DNA from: a virus
IMG/VR virus record: IMGVR_UViG_3300010224_000001
Coordinates: 1 to 64,000 of that record
DNA length: 64,000 nucleotides
Direction: 5' to 3' (one strand)
In this document: piece after piece, positions 9,826 through 19,416 of the stretch
Numbering within the stretch: the stretch's first letter is position 1
Layout of the letters: each line of letters begins with the position of its first letter
Made by a program: the position numbers and the translations under genes
The notes under the pieces: generated by a model
What the model was told of the DNA's origin: nothing
Database searches by the model: none
Seen by the model: the letters and a program-made list of their open reading frames with translations, nothing else

Positions 9826-11211
9826 TTACAAAGTGGATAGTTCAGCAGCACGCACAAACAGGGAATTACTAGCGAGTTGTTCTAGTTGTTTCTGTAGTTG
9901 CATACTCTTACGGTATTTCCGATAAGTCGGAATAATGAAATCAGCAATTGCTGTAGGCCAAGAACGACGATCCTTCACACCTTCTAAGAGTTCGTCGACA
10001 TCCTTAATGTCGTTAATGATGTCTTTGCGTTCTTGTTCACCCATGTTGCGGTTTTTAGTACGATTGACCATGTCGTTACGAATACGTTGGAAGCGTGCTT
10101 CGGCGCTATCGTAATTACCACTGCGTGTCTCGTCTAAACCACCCATCAATACAAACAGCGTCATTGGCGGGAACGTTAAGGTTAAACCTAACGCTAAGAT
10201 CTGTTTAAACATGTAAAGCGGTGTCGAGTCAAATGCGCGAGTACCACCAAACATTTTGTAGATCTTGAACTTCATTGTGATTGCGGCGCGACCTGCACCC
10301 ATGCGCACAGCAAATTGATCTGACAACTGTTCTTGTGCGGTCAAATCATAGATATTGCAACCGAGTTCACTACGGGACTCTTCCACACATTCCGTCAGTA
10401 CAGCAATCTCAATCACTTTCTTATCTGAAGTGCCAGCTAATGCTTTCGGATCTAAATCACGTAAGTTAAGCTTTTGCTTACAGGTGGTCAGAATGATTTC
10501 GCGCTCGTCTGCGGAGTGACTATTGTCCAGCTCAGAAGACACTTGTGACAACACTTGATTCGTCGACACCACACGGGAGAAGTATTCACAGTAAACAAAC
10601 AAGTGACCCACTTCATGAAGCAGCATAGCTGCACATTCTTCTGGCGTTAGAATCCAATCTTTGGGTAAGCGTTTGGCGCGCGTGAATTGATCAATCGGTA
10701 GATAGATCGTAGCGGGCAGTTCTGAGAATAAACCAGAGAGCCTGGCATTCTTCAAATCAACACCGCCTTTTACGACACCACTCTTCTCTCGCGTTAAGAT
10801 GAAGCGCCGAATAAACTCTTCATTCTGTTTGTATGCCCAACGCTTATCATTACGCAGCAAGGCGTGGTTGTGATACTCATCATGGATGCGTACGCCACCG
10901 TAGCGCTCACCGATGCTAACCCGAATATTCGAGTTAAAGGCTTGGTTAAGGATTGTCTCTAAACGTTGTTCGTGTTCACGCAATCTAACATCATCAGTAC
11001 GTGTGCGGGTGATCGAAGTCAATTCGTAATCACCAGCATCATTAACTGAATCAATGTAATCTGTTTCTTCTTTGACAAAGTCATCTTTAGAAACAAACTG
11101 CATATCGTTGATGACTTCAACGAGTGCGTTGAAAACTCTTGAATCCTGATGTTGTATTGTTTCTACTACAAGGTTTATCTGTTCTGGCGTGACCGATGTC
11201 GGGGCTTGCAT
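9826..11211 (-). CDS. Virion-associated HExxH zinc-metallopeptidase-like protein (phiKZ gp83/84 region)
   Basis: AMLLHEVGH motif, downstream EQLSDQFAVRMG, one hydrophobic segment. Confidence 0.65.
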   Translation of the reverse strand: MQAPTSVTPEQINLVVETIQHQDSRVFNALVEVINDMQFVSKDDFVKEETDYIDSVNDAGDYELTSITRTRTDDVRLREHEQRLETILNQAFNSNIRVSIGERYGGVRIHDEYHNHALLRNDKRWAYKQNEEFIRRFILTREKSGVVKGGVDLKNARLSGLFSELPATIYLPIDQFTRAKRLPKDWILTPEECAAMLLHEVGHLFVYCEYFSRVVSTNQVLSQVSSELDNSHSADEREIILTTCKQKLNLRDLDPKALAGTSDKKVIEIAVLTECVEESRSELGCNIYDLTAQEQLSDQFAVRMGAGRAAITMKFKIYKMFGGTRAFDSTPLYMFKQILALGLTLTFPPMTLFVLMGGLDETRSGNYDSAEARFQRIRNDMVNRTKNRNMGEQERKDIINDIKDVDELLEGVKDRRSWPTAIADFIIPTYRKYRKSMQLQKQLEQLASNSLFVRAAELSTL

Positions 11212-11363
11212 GGCAGAACTTCTTTCTGAAGAATAAGGAATAAAAGTATAATTAACCGAGCATCTTTATAATCTGGTTAAGAACAGCAAAACCAAAAAAT
11301 AATAACCAGACTGCTCACCTCTGGGGATTCATACTGATATTCAACTAATTACCGAACAAGTAT

Positions 11364-13061
11364 ATGGCAAGAGAAATTAAGTTCACTCGTGAAGAACTTT
11401 TAGGCATCGAATGTCGTCATGCTGTACACTGCGGACGTCCTGATGGAACAGAACGCGACTTGCACATGGTTAAGCAAATTGTGCATTTGAAAGATGGTCG
11501 TAGCTTTCCTCGTTTCTTTCCTCGTTGGGATTTCAAACGTAGTTTTTGGGTAACCAAGAAAGGTTTACAAAAGCATAAAGAAAAGAAAGAATCAGAAAAG
11601 ATGGAAAACTTGATGCACTTTGAGTGCGTCGAGAGTGATCTGGTGTATCGTATCAAACAAGCACTGAACATCTATGGCGGTCAAAATAATTCACTGAAAG
11701 CGCTGGCACGGAGTCCTTATCTGTACGGCACTGACGTGACTTCAACTGCCATCTTGAAGAAGTCGTATTTCGATAATTTCCCTAATGTCAATTCACCAAT
11801 GACTATGGCGGCAACCGATACGGAAACCGACATGATTAGGGGGACGGAAGAAATCATCATGCAGACGATCTCGTTTAAAGATCGTATCTTCACTGCAATT
11901 AAGAAAGATTTCTTAAACGGCTTCTCAAATCCGATTGACCAGCTACAAAAGAAACTTGAATTCTATCTTGGTGATGACGTTAAGAAGCGTAACATCAAGT
12001 GGGAAGTCAAGCTGGTTGATACTGCAGCAGAAATTGTTGTTGAAGTCTTAAATAAAGCACACGAATGGTCCCCTGACTTCTTGGCGATTTGGAACATCGA
12101 ATTCGACATGAAGAAGATGCTCGAGGCATTGGAAGCAGCAGGCTTAGATCCTGCTGACGTATTCTCCGATCCTAGTGTTCCTTACGAGTATCGCAAATTC
12201 AACTTTAAACTGGGACCAGCGCAGAAGATTAAATCGGATGGTACAGCGACTCCGTTAACTCCTTCGCAACGTTGGCACTCTGTCACGACTCCGGCAAGCT
12301 TTACGATTATTGACGCGATGTGTGCTTATCGTCATATTCGTACAGGCGCACAAGAGCTTCCGAGCTATGGCTTGGATTACGTGATGGATAAAGAGGTTAG
12401 TCGGAATAAGCTGAAGTTTGAAGAAGCAGAAGGCTACCAAGAAGGTGCATGGCATACGTTCATGCAGCAGTTCTATCCACTCGAATACGTGATCTATAAC
12501 GTGTTTGACTGTGTGGGTATGGAAATCTTGGATGAGAAGACACAAGACTTAGCGATCTCACTGTCCATGTTTTCCGGTATGTCTGACTATGCGATTTTCA
12601 ACTCACAACCGAAGCGTCTGTGCAACGACTTCCACTTCTATCTGTTAGAAGAAAAGAGCGTGCTCGGTACGACTTCGGATCAGATGGAACACGAGTACGA
12701 CAAGTTAGTGGTGAGTGGTAAAGGTTGGATCACCATGCTACCTGCACACCAGGTGGTGGATAACGGTCTAAAGTGTGTAGTGGAATATGCGAATGTTCCA
12801 ACTAACTTCCGTGGACACGTGGGCGACCTTGACGTTGAAGGTTCCTATCCGAATGCTGGCATGTGCTACAACATTTCTCGTTCTACTACCAAACGTGAAA
12901 TCATCCAGATTCAAGGTGTGACGGAAGAAATGCGGCGTCGACAAGGTGTGAACTTATCGGGCGGCTACGTCAATGCTGTTGAATTCTGTCAAGGCGTGTT
13001 TAAATTACCAGGCTTAGAACAAATGCTTGCCGCATACCTGCGCGAACATCCGCAGGGTTAG
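11364..13061 (+). CDS. Split family-B DNA polymerase, 3'-5' exonuclease plus motif-A subunit (phiKZ gp82-like)
   Basis: ExoI DTETD, ExoII WNIEFD, ExoIII YNVFD, PolB motif A DLDVEGSYP near the C-terminus. Confidence 0.85.
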   Translation: MAREIKFTREELLGIECRHAVHCGRPDGTERDLHMVKQIVHLKDGRSFPRFFPRWDFKRSFWVTKKGLQKHKEKKESEKMENLMHFECVESDLVYRIKQALNIYGGQNNSLKALARSPYLYGTDVTSTAILKKSYFDNFPNVNSPMTMAATDTETDMIRGTEEIIMQTISFKDRIFTAIKKDFLNGFSNPIDQLQKKLEFYLGDDVKKRNIKWEVKLVDTAAEIVVEVLNKAHEWSPDFLAIWNIEFDMKKMLEALEAAGLDPADVFSDPSVPYEYRKFNFKLGPAQKIKSDGTATPLTPSQRWHSVTTPASFTIIDAMCAYRHIRTGAQELPSYGLDYVMDKEVSRNKLKFEEAEGYQEGAWHTFMQQFYPLEYVIYNVFDCVGMEILDEKTQDLAISLSMFSGMSDYAIFNSQPKRLCNDFHFYLLEEKSVLGTTSDQMEHEYDKLVVSGKGWITMLPAHQVVDNGLKCVVEYANVPTNFRGHVGDLDVEGSYPNAGMCYNISRSTTKREIIQIQGVTEEMRRRQGVNLSGGYVNAVEFCQGVFKLPGLEQMLAAYLREHPQG

Positions 13062-13068
13062 GTCATAG

Positions 13069-13120
13069 GACTAGACCATAGGGGATTACCCTATGGTCTA
13101 GTCACTAGCCTTATGACGTC
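13069..13120. terminator. Bidirectional hairpin between convergent genes
   Basis: GACTAGACCATAGGG-gatta-CCCTATGGTCTAGTC, followed by TTATGACGTC. Confidence 0.8.
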
Positions 13121-13129
13121 TTAACGTTA

Positions 13130-13903
13130 TTACAGGCCGAAATACGACAGCGCGCGTTGACGACCTTCTTCGGTAATCAAGCGATTGTTCAGCACATTCG
13201 GCAGACCTGACTGTTTAATAGCCAGACGACGGCTCTTAACAGGTGCCAGTGCGACAAACATATTCGTCAGGTGCCGGAAGTGCATCTGTGCAGCTTTCGG
13301 TAAGTTCATACCGTTGACAAAGCGGAACACACTGTGCGGTGCAAATACCGTGTCCAGATGTTTCTCGATCACTGCCAGGAAGAAGTCCATCACGTCTTTA
13401 GACTCTTCTGCCGGAGCATTGATGGCTGCAACCAGAGCGCGATACAAACTGGCTTGGACAACTGCACCCTGTTGCAGAGTTAGAGCAACTTTCTTGTTCA
13501 GCATCGCTTCAACATAATGCTTCAGTTCCTCGTAAGCAATCTTAGCGCCGACGCTCTTAAACGGATTCTCACTGAAGTCAAGAGGCTTAGCAGACGAGAC
13601 TGCTACGGGCGTAGGTGCTGCTGCCACAGGTGCTTGTGCTTTCACCAGAGGGACCGCGTCCGCAACCGAGGGTTCCGCTGATTGTTCTGACTTCGGCGCA
13701 TACAGCACCGGCTGTGCGACTTCCTTAACCACCTGCATCGTACCAACCGGATCGCTCACATCAAAACTGATGTGCGTTCCTACGATATCGCTGCCAGAAG
13801 CTGCTTCCGGAGCATTTGTATTTTGTTCAGTCACAGGAGTTTCCTTAACTTGTTGCTTGCCGTTGTTACCAGACATACGGACGTGTCGATTGTTTTTACT
13901 CAT
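13130..13903 (-). CDS. Conserved hypothetical protein (phiKZ gp81 position)
   Basis: Disordered A/P-rich N-terminus and helical C-terminal domain; lies between the vRNAP subunit and the polymerase exonuclease gene. Confidence 0.65.
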   Translation of the reverse strand: MSKNNRHVRMSGNNGKQQVKETPVTEQNTNAPEAASGSDIVGTHISFDVSDPVGTMQVVKEVAQPVLYAPKSEQSAEPSVADAVPLVKAQAPVAAAPTPVAVSSAKPLDFSENPFKSVGAKIAYEELKHYVEAMLNKKVALTLQQGAVVQASLYRALVAAINAPAEESKDVMDFFLAVIEKHLDTVFAPHSVFRFVNGMNLPKAAQMHFRHLTNMFVALAPVKSRRLAIKQSGLPNVLNNRLITEEGRQRALSYFGL

Positions 13904-13949
13904 GATCAAATCTACCTAGAGAGTTTAGTCATAGTTTATTAACTATTTC

Positions 13950-15254
13950 TTAGAATAACGCTTCTTTGTAGTTCATTCTAGCCAGGGTCAGCGCTTTACC
14001 GTGTGCTGCTTTCATGTACAACAGCATCATGGTGGAACCATAGTCAGAAATCGCACTGGATGCACCAGTTGGGTTTTCAGCTAAACGAGGACCTGCGCAG
14101 CATTTGCAAATATCGGTCTTGTCTAACCAGCAATACATCGGGCTACGCACTAATACCCAGCTGTTAAGATAAGTGGGTAATACTTCATCAGTTAACTTGA
14201 TTGGTCCATCCACGCCATTGATGGTGAAGTTCAAATAGCGTTTGCTGTTTGAATTATTCAAGTAAATCCGACGGCCTAAGTTCGTACCGCAATCATCCAC
14301 TGTAATGTTAATGTTGGAAGACGCACGCAGCAGCCATTTCACTGACTCACCACCTAACATGGTTTGGTGACCGCGGTTATACGAACCGGCGCGCAGAATG
14401 TTATTCATCGACGGGAACTTATTCACATCCCAACCTTCAATCAGAGACTTCTGAATCAGGTCAATGTTAACACCATCAGACAGGCCAGCTTCCGCACCCA
14501 GCATCAAGAACTTCTTAGACCGCACCACTTCATACGACTTCTTACTGATCATGAAGTTAGTTGAGTCATCATCACCTAACCATTTACGGTCATGCTCTTG
14601 CAGTTTCTTAGCAATGATAGCACCGACCTCACCGGTATGCAGGCGATCTTTGTATTGCTCAACTAATTCATTACGCAATTCAATCGTACCAGGCGCTTGG
14701 GTTAAACTCTTCTCGGTAGCTGCAGGCACACACATACTTGCAAACTCATCGATGAAGAACATCGCATCGGCAAACTTCAGATACTCGTCCACATAAATCC
14801 ATTTGGGATTACGTTCAGTATTTGAAGCAGGCGTATCTTGCAAGCGCGGTAAGATCAGCGACTCAAGATCTGAGGGCATAAATCTACCAGTGATATACGG
14901 CACCTTAGCGCCGAATGGATACACTAGAGTGACGCAGTTCGCTAACAGATTACCGTAATTGGTTTCGACTGATTTCGTTAAGTTAATAACGTCACCAGCT
15001 TTTAACTGAATCCGGTCTTTGATATAGAACGGCGCTTGACCAACAGGAGCGTCGTCTAGAGGTGTTAGCTTCGATCCATTGTTCGGATCAACAAAGAAGT
15101 GACCCGACGGTGTTTGCACGATACGGTAAGCGTACGGATCTTTTTTCCAATCATCAGGACCTTCTTGAATCATGGTAAAGGCTGAGAACACCCAGGCACG
15201 TCGTCTGTATAACTCCGCCTTCATCGCGGCTAAAAAGAAAGCTAATCGATTCAT
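13950..15254 (-). CDS. Virion RNA polymerase beta' middle subunit (phiKZ gp80-like)
   Basis: Bridge-helix region RAGSYNRGHQTMLGG, DDCGT, zinc motif VRSPMYC...ICKCCAG. Confidence 0.9.
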   Translation of the reverse strand: MNRLAFFLAAMKAELYRRRAWVFSAFTMIQEGPDDWKKDPYAYRIVQTPSGHFFVDPNNGSKLTPLDDAPVGQAPFYIKDRIQLKAGDVINLTKSVETNYGNLLANCVTLVYPFGAKVPYITGRFMPSDLESLILPRLQDTPASNTERNPKWIYVDEYLKFADAMFFIDEFASMCVPAATEKSLTQAPGTIELRNELVEQYKDRLHTGEVGAIIAKKLQEHDRKWLGDDDSTNFMISKKSYEVVRSKKFLMLGAEAGLSDGVNIDLIQKSLIEGWDVNKFPSMNNILRAGSYNRGHQTMLGGESVKWLLRASSNINITVDDCGTNLGRRIYLNNSNSKRYLNFTINGVDGPIKLTDEVLPTYLNSWVLVRSPMYCWLDKTDICKCCAGPRLAENPTGASSAISDYGSTMMLLYMKAAHGKALTLARMNYKEALF

Positions 15255-16075
15255 GGCTTAAACTCAATGTTAATTTTGTTGACACGCGCCATCACAGCAA
15301 CAATGGTATCCGGATTAGAAATGTATTCTTCCAAATGGTCTTTGATGGTTTGGGTAGGATTACCTGCGCAATCTCCCGACACTAACGCAATACCATACAT
15401 CTCTTCCGCAATCTGGTCAGGCGGCATCTGTTCAAAGTCACTACCAATCACACCGGCATAAACAGTGTATGGCATCCCGACGTCGCTACCATGGCGCAGC
15501 ATTGTACCAATCCGTACCGGCATCCCTTCTGGAAGATAAGCACTGTAAGTCTGGAACAGAGCAATTTTCTCTTGACGATCGACGTCAAATAATGCTTCAT
15601 CCATTTCTTCTTCAGCCAAGTCAACAATCTTCGCCATGAAGCTAGGTGAGACTGAAACAACGTAATGTAACAACACGTCTTGCTGGTACGGTGCAACAAT
15701 CGCCATCAGATCACAGAAGCGTTCGCGAATGTTCGAATCGGCTTGGGCAATCGCAACGATATGTTTACGTTCTTCATGGTCAGGTAAATCCACAATACCA
15801 CTGATGATATCGCCTAACATCTTTAGGCTGGTTTCTTCAGTAAAGGTAATGGCATGCATTCGCAAGACTTGATGACCGTGCGCGCGCAGTAGATTATTCA
15901 ACTGGAACATCACATCACCAGCATCGACCATTCCTTCTTCCAGAATGATTTGTTCGATCGCGTCTTCATAACCTTCCAAACCGATCTTATCTAACGCATC
16001 GCAAATCACTTGATATTCGTTACGTTGCTCTGGCGGTGCAGCTTGTTTGAGGTAATCACTTAAAAGCTCTAACAT
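15251..16075 (-). CDS. Conserved core protein (phiKZ gp79-like)
   Basis: 274 aa, acidic and helical; ATGA overlap with the vRNAP gene. Confidence 0.65.
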   Translation of the reverse strand: MLELLSDYLKQAAPPEQRNEYQVICDALDKIGLEGYEDAIEQIILEEGMVDAGDVMFQLNNLLRAHGHQVLRMHAITFTEETSLKMLGDIISGIVDLPDHEERKHIVAIAQADSNIRERFCDLMAIVAPYQQDVLLHYVVSVSPSFMAKIVDLAEEEMDEALFDVDRQEKIALFQTYSAYLPEGMPVRIGTMLRHGSDVGMPYTVYAGVIGSDFEQMPPDQIAEEMYGIALVSGDCAGNPTQTIKDHLEEYISNPDTIVAVMARVNKINIEFKP

Positions 16076-16272
16076 AAAGCTAACCCGTAATTAATTATTA
16101 AAAAAATACTTGAAGGAAACATCCTGTGGCCAAATGGCGGCCAAATAGCCACCATGTTTACACTTATAACTCTGTAGACCTATTTTCATTAAATAGGACA
16201 GACCACTACATGCAAAGTCAGATGATCTGGCTTTCTTTATCAGATTTTTAAAAAGAATTTAAGGACGACGTA

Positions 16273-16764
16273 ATGAGCAACAACACCCTGAATCAAGCAT
16301 TAGGTAACATTTATCCGAATAATCCTGATCCGCGTAAGGATCCGGCGTTGCAAGGTCCGAGTAACAATTGGGAATCCCTGCAAGGTCAATACAACATTCA
16401 TGCGAGTATGTTTGTTAGTTATCATCGCATGACCTCAATGCTGTTAGCACCCCAAGTCCAAGCGAATTTAAAAGACATTGCTAAGACTGCGAACTTAGTG
16501 AAGGGTCTGTCTGCTGACGTCCAGATGCTGAATACTAAAACCCAACGTGTTTATCGTAAGCATGCTGGTAAGACTGGCTTCACCGAAGATATCGATGAGA
16601 ACTTCTCCATCATCCAGATCTTCCAAGAATACGCAGCACTGATCGATCAGCACCAGTTGTTGGTTCTGCCTGTTGTTGCCGAATTAAATGAGCATTTGAA
16701 TTACGCTCTGAATCAGATTCAATTAGCGCAAGCTAGTCAACCGCAAACTGTAGCTCCGGTTTAA
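16273..16764 (+). CDS. Hypothetical helical protein
   Basis: 163 aa, AAGGA RBS. Confidence 0.7.
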   Translation: MSNNTLNQALGNIYPNNPDPRKDPALQGPSNNWESLQGQYNIHASMFVSYHRMTSMLLAPQVQANLKDIAKTANLVKGLSADVQMLNTKTQRVYRKHAGKTGFTEDIDENFSIIQIFQEYAALIDQHQLLVLPVVAELNEHLNYALNQIQLAQASQPQTVAPV

Positions 16765-16782
16765 TTCATAACAGATAAAAGG

Positions 16783-18354
16783 ATGTCCATGGACAACAAT
16801 AACGGCGACTTGCCTGAAATCGACACAAGTGCTCCTGCTCAAGAGCAAGATAACACCACACCAATAACGGACGCTGCTAACAGTGACGCTGCTGTTACTG
16901 ACGAAAGTGCACCCGCTAGTGATGCGGACACTACCGAAGAACAAGAAGTCGTTCTACTCGAACCGCGTCCTGAACTGAACAATGCAGAAATCGATCATCA
17001 GATCTTCCTGCCGATTGAATCGTGGGACGATGATGCTATCACGTTACCGCTTCCTCCGGAAACGACGGAACGTGTAACTGAATACACGAAGAAGCTCCCC
17101 AACGAAAACATTGGCGCAACCGAACAAGGTCGTGAATGGGCTGAAGCACTGCAACAAGGTATGCGTGCTGGTGTGTATCGTGACTACGCAGGTGGTTCGG
17201 CACAACGCCCTGAAGCCCAATGGCGTCAGCAAGTTAAAGCTGAAGCGAAAGTCCTGATTGCCGGTCGCCCGAAGATTGGTGACGACAGCCCAATGTTAAC
17301 TGGCGCCCGTGGTGTGATGCAAGTTAACGCCATGCTGGGCCGCGGTAGCATTGTGCAGATTCCACTGTGGCATTCTGGTTTCTGGATCACAATCAAAGCA
17401 CCGAAAGAAGGTCGTCTGCTGGAGATGTGGCAGCGTATGGCAGAAGAGAAGATCATGCTGGGGCGTGTGACTCACGGTCTGGCTTTCGCTAACCACGCTG
17501 TCTTTACTGCTTCGAACTTGATCGATCTGGTGGTGGAACATATCTACGAGCATACCGTAAAAGATGTTTCTAATACGGAACTGCGTGAGATGATTTCTAC
17601 CCTTGACGTGAATACTCTGGCTTGGGGTATGGCTTGCGCGATCTGGCCGCGGGGTTTCCAATATACGCGTTCGATCCTGGATCCAAAAGGTCAAGTCCTC
17701 GAGACCATCAAAGAGAAACTGAACGTCGCTTATCTGCATTTTGTCGATACCGCTTCCATTGATGATTATCAACGCAATCACATGGCTAATCGTTCAGTGC
17801 AATCGATGAGCAAGATCGCCATTGACACGTATCGTGAACGCTTCACCCGTGGTAAGCCGAAGACTTATGAATTAGCACCGAACGTGCTTGTGACGTTGGC
17901 TGTGCCGAACATTAACGATTACGTGAATGCCGGTCAAGCTTGGGTGAACGAAACCGTAGCAATGATTAACGGTGCGTTTACGGATGAAGAAGATCAAGAT
18001 GCACGTAACACTAAGATCCTGGATCAAGCGCGCGCAACATCGATGCGTCAATATCGTCACTGGGTGAAAGCTTTCGAATTCCCATCCCTGGGTAAGACGA
18101 TGGAAGATCCAGAAACGATTACGATGGAATGCGATTCACTCTCGGGCGATGATGAGCTGCGTAAACGCTTCTTTGAAGTGGTGCGTGAGTTCATCTCTGA
18201 ATCGACCATCGCCATCATTGCAACGCCGTTGGCTAGCAACGTTGAGAAAGAACGCACGACTCCGCGTTTCCCGTGGCTGTTGCAAATGGATCCGATCTCA
18301 ACTTTTTTTACCCTACTCGACCAAAAAGTGTATCAGATCAGACAGAGGCTGTAA
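16783..18354 (+). CDS. Conserved core protein (phiKZ gp77-like), possible tail/baseplate assembly chaperone
   Basis: 523 aa, acidic N-terminus, IPLWHSGFWITI motif; DPISTFF near the C-terminus lies over a slippery T7 run. Confidence 0.7.
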   Translation: MSMDNNNGDLPEIDTSAPAQEQDNTTPITDAANSDAAVTDESAPASDADTTEEQEVVLLEPRPELNNAEIDHQIFLPIESWDDDAITLPLPPETTERVTEYTKKLPNENIGATEQGREWAEALQQGMRAGVYRDYAGGSAQRPEAQWRQQVKAEAKVLIAGRPKIGDDSPMLTGARGVMQVNAMLGRGSIVQIPLWHSGFWITIKAPKEGRLLEMWQRMAEEKIMLGRVTHGLAFANHAVFTASNLIDLVVEHIYEHTVKDVSNTELREMISTLDVNTLAWGMACAIWPRGFQYTRSILDPKGQVLETIKEKLNVAYLHFVDTASIDDYQRNHMANRSVQSMSKIAIDTYRERFTRGKPKTYELAPNVLVTLAVPNINDYVNAGQAWVNETVAMINGAFTDEEDQDARNTKILDQARATSMRQYRHWVKAFEFPSLGKTMEDPETITMECDSLSGDDELRKRFFEVVREFISESTIAIIATPLASNVEKERTTPRFPWLLQMDPISTFFTLLDQKVYQIRQRL

Positions 18355-18827
18355 ACAATCGTATCATTGATCACGTCTTGCATCCGCAGTTTGGTACAGA
18401 CGTGACCTTTGATACGTTTCTTAATAGTTTACAAACACTGTTGAAAGAAGCACCTAAAGTAGTAGCCAGTGATGCCCAGCTCCTGATGATTGAACATTAT
18501 CATAAGGAGTTTGGGATTGCAGAGTATAGCGACCAAACAATGCAGTTACATCCATTGAATCACGTCGCGATGCATCCCGCAGAGGATCCTATCACTGGCT
18601 CCTTTTTGGTCGAGACACTAAAGCGGTTTGCGAATCTTAAAGTCGGCGATATCTTCCACATCTCTTTAGAAAGTTTCCTTAACCTTCCACACGACATGTG
18701 TGAACTGTTATTTGAAATTGCTGAACCGATGCAGAAAGAAACCATCGATAAGGAAGATAAGATCTTAAGTAATATTGAGCGCTCTTCATTATTACTTGAT
18801 CAACGCGGTAATCCGTTTCGTAATTAA
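18300..18827 (+). CDS. Conserved ORF in the -1 frame, probably a frameshift extension of the upstream gene
   Basis: Open from 18273, no RBS before the GTG at 18273, first ATG only at about 18486; C-terminal motif FHISLESFLNLP. Confidence 0.6.
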   Translation, partial: NFFYPTRPKSVSDQTEAVNNRIIDHVLHPQFGTDVTFDTFLNSLQTLLKEAPKVVASDAQLLMIEHYHKEFGIAEYSDQTMQLHPLNHVAMHPAEDPITGSFLVETLKRFANLKVGDIFHISLESFLNLPHDMCELLFEIAEPMQKETIDKEDKILSNIERSSLLLDQRGNPFRN

Positions 18828-18848
18828 CTTCACAAGGAACTACTAACC

Positions 18849-19334
18849 ATGTCGCTGCCAAACAATGTTGTGATGATGTTGCCTACGGACAATATCTTGC
18901 ATTCAGAAGCACAGTGGTTAGTATGTCCTACTAATGCTGTCGGTACAATGGGGGCTGGTCTAGCTAAATATTTTAGTTTGGCTATCCCTAACTTGTTGAG
19001 GGAGTATAAGAAGCATTGTAAGTTGCATGAACCTATTCGCATGCAGCACTTTGTCTTTGATCCGCCTGAGTTTGGAGCGAGGAAGGTTTATTGTTTCCAC
19101 ACTAAATGCGACTGGCGCGAATACTCTTCATTACGCACCATTCAAGCTGGTCTTAAACAGTTAGGGCATTGGTTAAAGACAATGAGTAAAGAATTGTGTC
19201 TTGACTCTATCGCTATCCCGGCATTAGGTTGTGGTCGTGGTCAATTAGACTGGGAAGAAGTATTGCCCTTGTTAATTGAGTTAGCGAGTGAAGTTCCGGC
19301 TGTTGCGTTTTATCTGTATCCTCCAAAAGAGTAG
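18849..19334 (+). CDS. Macrodomain ADP-ribosylhydrolase (DarG/TARG1-like)
   Basis: CPTNAVGTMGAGLA, FHTKCDWR and IAIPALGCGRGQLDW motifs. Confidence 0.88.
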   Translation: MSLPNNVVMMLPTDNILHSEAQWLVCPTNAVGTMGAGLAKYFSLAIPNLLREYKKHCKLHEPIRMQHFVFDPPEFGARKVYCFHTKCDWREYSSLRTIQAGLKQLGHWLKTMSKELCLDSIAIPALGCGRGQLDWEEVLPLLIELASEVPAVAFYLYPPKE

Positions 19335-19341
19335 AATCAAG

Positions 19342-19412
19342 CAAAAAAAAAAGACGTCATAAGACATCTCCCATACTCTACCTTGACGGGTAGAGTATGG
19401 GAATTATGTCGA
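19342..19412. terminator. Bidirectional terminator
   Basis: Stem TCCCATACTCTACC / GGTAGAGTATGGGA; on the minus strand followed by TTATGACGTC and a long T run. Confidence 0.85.
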
Positions 19413-19416
19413 CTAC

